A DNA stretch of 12,018 nucleotides from Zygophlyctis sp. KS116 (lineage: Eukaryota; Fungi; Chytridiomycota): positions 1 through 12,018 of the forward strand of contig BAAFSQ010000300.1 in NCBI GenBank assembly GCA_054661495.1. The letters run 5' to 3'. Under the pieces are notes generated by a model. That model saw only the letters and a program-made list of their open reading frames with translations, was not told the origin of the DNA and ran no database searches. The position numbers and the translations under genes are program-made. Shown here piece by piece: positions 8,916 through 12,018 of the stretch. Position 1 is the stretch's first letter, and every line of letters begins with the position of its first letter.

Positions 8916-9587
8916 TTAAGCCTTTCTAGACTTGAGTTTACGTTGATAAAACTCCAATTCCTTTCCTTCCAGTATATATCCATCAGCTCTTCCTGATTGT
9001 CCAGGACGAGATGACAAACATGCTAATACTTTACCAGAGACAAACTGTTCAACCAAACCAGTTTCAACATTTGCATCTTGTCTTCGTCCTTCTATTTTAC
9101 GAGTGACATGGTTAGATCTTGGTTTATTTAATTCTTCTTCCCCTGTAGGAGCAGCAGACTTTTTACGTCCAATAGGTAAAGCATAATGAGATTCATACCA
9201 TTGACGGAAAGGAGCTGCATCAATTTCTACAATACATCCCTTTACAAGAGTATTAGTACGAACCAATTCATTATTAGAAGCATTATAAACTACTCTAGTA
9301 ATTCTAGTTTTACGAGCAACAGCTTCCGATCCCCAAGAAAAACTACCTAAATTTAAGAATCTAAAAAATACCATGATCAACTCTTAAAGCTCTGTATTTT
9401 AGATTTCCACCTCGAACTCTGACAACATGAATTCTTTTCATTCCAATTTTAGTGTTTGCAGCTTGTCTTCCCAATTCAAACTTTCGCTTTTTTCTGATCT
9501 GAGCTCTTTTGGCTCCTGTATGAGATCGTTTGTGGAGAGAGTCTCTTGAAATACCCTTTTTTTAAGTTGAAACAATCAATTTACCAT
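8916..9587 (-). CDS. RPS8: 40S ribosomal protein S8 (eS8), 205 aa, 3 exons
   Basis: Exons 9587-9585 (ATG only), 9555-9372, 9346-8916; introns 29 and 25 nt. [18 protein letters not shown]...[17 protein letters not shown]...[13 protein letters not shown]...[18 protein letters not shown]...[22 protein letters not shown]. Confidence 0.98.
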
Positions 9588-9603
9588 TTTTTTAAGTTTT
9601 TTT

Positions 9604-9652
9604 TAACCTCTCGCCTACACCCTCCAAACGCCTCATTGGGTGTCGAGGGTCA
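9604..9652. promoter_or_regulatory. GC-rich imperfect inverted repeat immediately upstream of RPS8
   Basis: TAACCTCTCGCCTACACCC (9604-9622) and GGGTGTCGAGGGTCA (9638-9652) can form about 15 bp with two bulges. It ends 16 nt before the RPS8 ATG. Confidence 0.45.
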
Positions 9653-9737
9653 AGAACAATCTCTCAAATGCCTAGGTTCTAGAAACCCATAAGCCCGTAA
9701 AACAGGAATGCAGAAATCAAAAAAGGATTAAATTAAA

Positions 9738-11441
9738 TCACCATCCATCACTCTGATATGGATGGAAGCCCTGGAAACCATGGGATCTTCCACCTCCACC
9801 CTGTTGAGACATAAACGCACGTAGTAAATCATCCATTGGCATTCCTCCGCCTCCACCAAATCCGTCAAATCCATCAAATCCACTATCTGGCATTCCATTC
9901 ATATCCATGCCAGAGTCAAACATCCTTTTTTTCTTTTCATCTGATAAAACAGTATATGCTTCTCCAACCTCTTTGAAACGAACTTCGGCTTCAAGTCTTT
10001 CCTCTTGAGATAGTCCAGCTTGTTTATCTTGCAGTTTAATAAAAAGAAAAATACCTGGATGGAATTGGAGAGCCATTTTACGATAACTTTTCTTAATTTC
10101 ATATTCTGTAGCATCCTTTGAAATTCCTAAAATCTTATAATAGTCTTTTCTTAAAGAAAGTTTAAGAGCTTTTTCTGCTTCTCGAACTGCTCTTTGAATT
10201 TCTAAGAATAAAAATCATGGAATTAGATACCTCTATCACCAGGTCGCATTTTTGAGACAACTTTATAGTCTCGAACTGCGTCTTCAAAGTCTTCAGTCTT
10301 CATTAAACTATCAGCTCTTCTAAGAAATAGTTTGTGATATAAATCAGAATGAGCAGTGTTTTCAAAATTTAAGGATGCATTCGTATCTTTAAAAGAGTCT
10401 GGGAAATTTAAACCATTTAAAAGAGTAATGGCATTTGAAACATCAGCAATTGTAACATCATATTTTTGTAACTAGTGGTAAATTTAGATAAAGATTACTT
10501 TGCTATAAACATTTCCTCTATTACTCAAAACCTTTATATACTGCACTCCAATTGCAAAAGAATTCCCCAATTCTTTTATAAAGTCTAAAAATTCAGTATA
10601 TTTATCAATAGCCCCTGTCCAATTCTTTTGAGAAAAGAATTCATTCCCTGCAACTTTAATAGAATTAGCTTTTTTAATTCCTTTTAAAAGCGTAAAAGCA
10701 GCCTTATTATCAGGATCTAAAGAGAGTGTTTTAGATAAAACAGATATAATAGATTCTACTGGTTGTTTATCTAATATATATAGAAATTTAGCTCTTAGTG
10801 TCATTGCTTCAATATGATTGGGATCTTTTGACAAAACATCACTAATATTTAGTTAGGATTAAAGAATACAATGTCACTTTAAAAGCATCAATTAAATTCC
10901 CAGTGTCTTCCAAACATCTAGCCCTTATACATTGCCAATTTGAATAAATTAAGCTAAAATCAGCTCCAACCAACCTTGATCTATTAGGTACCCACGGCCC
11001 AACTTTAAGTGTTGGATCAACCAGTAAGAAACAATTTTCAATAGCTAAAAGTCGAACATCTGGACTAGAAGACTGATCCAACGCCGATTCTAAAAGATTA
11101 TGAATCTGAGCCAAGTTTTCCATTTCTTTTTCCCAATTATAATTTTTTGAATTTAGTAAAAGTTGTTTTGCTCCATTTATATTCCCCAACGCTAAAAAAC
11201 ACTTACCGGCCCTTGAATAATACTTTTGTAGATCTTGCATCTTGAGAGCGGTTAAAGCATCTTGTAAAGATTTCTCAAAATCCTTCAACATAAAGTAAGC
11301 TGCAGATCTATTAGCAAAAGATTTTGCTTCCGGAGTCAATTGGATTGATTTAGTATAAAATTCAATCGCAAGACTGTAATTACCAGATTTATAGAGATTA
11401 TTGGCTTGAGAATTGAGGGATTCCTGTTCTTGTGCAAGCAT
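9738..11441 (-). CDS. DNAJC7: TPR-repeat plus C-terminal J-domain co-chaperone (DNAJC7/Tpr2 family), 530 aa, 5 exons
   Basis: Exons 11441-10870, 10841-10499, 10471-10231, 10201-10055, 10027-9738; introns 28, 27, 29 and 27 nt. TPRs ([57 protein letters not shown]), then [19 protein letters not shown]...[15 protein letters not shown]...[25 protein letters not shown] and a G/F-rich tail. Confidence 0.92.
10028..10054 (-). other. 27-nt in-frame, stop-free spliceosomal intron inside the J-domain HPD motif
   Basis: GTATTTTTCTTTTTATTAAACTGCAAG. Removal gives CAT CCA G|AT = HPD; unspliced it reads [12 protein letters not shown]. Confidence 0.9.
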
Positions 11442-11458
11442 TTACCGACGAATTCAAA

Positions 11459-11501
11459 TTTTTGCTGCAAATTTTTTAATTTTTTTTAAATTTTTAGTTT
11501 T
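11459..11501. promoter_or_regulatory. Poly(dA:dT)-rich tract upstream of DNAJC7, probably a divergent promoter region
   Basis: Successive T runs directly 5' of the DNAJC7 ATG. Such tracts commonly mark nucleosome-depleted fungal promoters (inference). Confidence 0.3.
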
Positions 11502-11711
11502 GCAGACGATTTAATGACATTCTCATTTTTAAAATTACTCTGGCATTCATGTATACTTGTGTAAAATCATGGATTCTAATTGCATTGGTTTATTACCGAG
11601 CGTGTCATTGATTCAAGATCTCTTTCAGTCAGATGTAAGGGCAAGGCTCAAATCGTAAGATGAATGGATCAGTCAGTGTTTATCAATGATATTCAATTTT
11701 TAAACAATCAG

Positions 11712-12018
11712 GAAATGTGCATTGGCTAGAGTTTCTTATACGATTGCCGCAGATGCCGCCATAAATTCTAAAAGATTAACAAATGAAATTACCATTGACT
11801 ATTCTGCTGATTACATTCATTCATCAAACAATTTCTCAAACAACTGGTCCTCAGACATTACAAGGTGATATTAGTGGGATTTTCCTAGCTCGGATTTTTA
11901 TAAGTTCGCAGAGTCTCTGGGCGTTTTTGCGATTGCAATCATGGAAACTCCTTTTAGTAAAAATACAGAATTGGATCTGTTTGTGGTGAATTTATTAGAT
12001 TCATCAAAAAAAGCAGTT
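11712..12018 (+). CDS. Probable 3'-truncated gene of unknown function; start and frame unresolved
   Basis: Frame 1 reads KCALARVSYTIAADAAINSKRLTNEITIDYSADY...WSSDITS|SDFYKFAESLGVFAIAIMETPFSKNTELDLFVVNLLDSSKKAV to the window end if a 24-nt GT-AG intron (11865-11888, containing both in-frame stops) is removed. A possible start is ATG 11569, which needs an atypical 57-nt intron (11655-11711). The competing model is the signal-peptide-like ORF at 11783. Confidence 0.35.

Noticed and set aside
8906-8983. N-terminal extension [10 protein letters not shown]... as the annotated tomosyn start, or an RPS8-tomosyn frameshift fusion
   Set aside because: It is an alternate frame of the conserved RPS8 C-terminus. 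ATG 8905 has the AAAATG context also seen at RPS8, and no frameshift signal is evident beyond an A run. Kept only as a testable alternative.
9604-9710. H/ACA snoRNA on the + strand (hairpin, AGAACA H-box-like sequence, later ACA)
   Set aside because: The first hairpin lacks a bipartite guide pocket, the second hairpin is weak, and the boxes are short enough to arise by chance. An Rfam or snoGPS scan would settle it.
9899-10114. 71-aa minus-strand ORF
   Set aside because: Alternate frame inside the DNAJC7 J-domain exons.
989-11441. Fragmented ORFs read as pseudogenes, programmed frameshifts or stop-codon reassignment
   Set aside because: Every break in the recognised genes is explained by a 24-33 nt GT-AG intron that restores the frame. 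TAA, TAG and TGA all serve as true terminators.

Overview
AT-rich, extremely compact eukaryotic DNA, most likely from a fungus. A zoosporic/chytrid-like lineage is an inference from the protein sequences. The six-frame ORFs are fragments of spliced genes: 23 hand-inferred GT-AG introns of only 24-33 nt (mean about 27) rejoin them into proteins of expected family size. + strand: 3' part of an LRR/Cys-rich protein gene carrying a 238-bp-period duplication, SPB1 (989-3569) and TIP41 (3601-4489). - strand: five co-directional genes, a DNAJC7-like TPR-J co-chaperone, RPS8, a tomosyn/Sro7 homologue, an unknown 348-aa protein, and a 147-aa Cys-rich secreted, probably GPI-anchored protein that the ORF track misses. 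Spacers are 10-165 bp, and one convergent pair overlaps by 24 bp of coding sequence. An unresolved + strand gene probably starts near the right edge. No RNA genes, CRISPR arrays or mobile elements were recognised. All gene models were built by eye, with no database search or RNA data.
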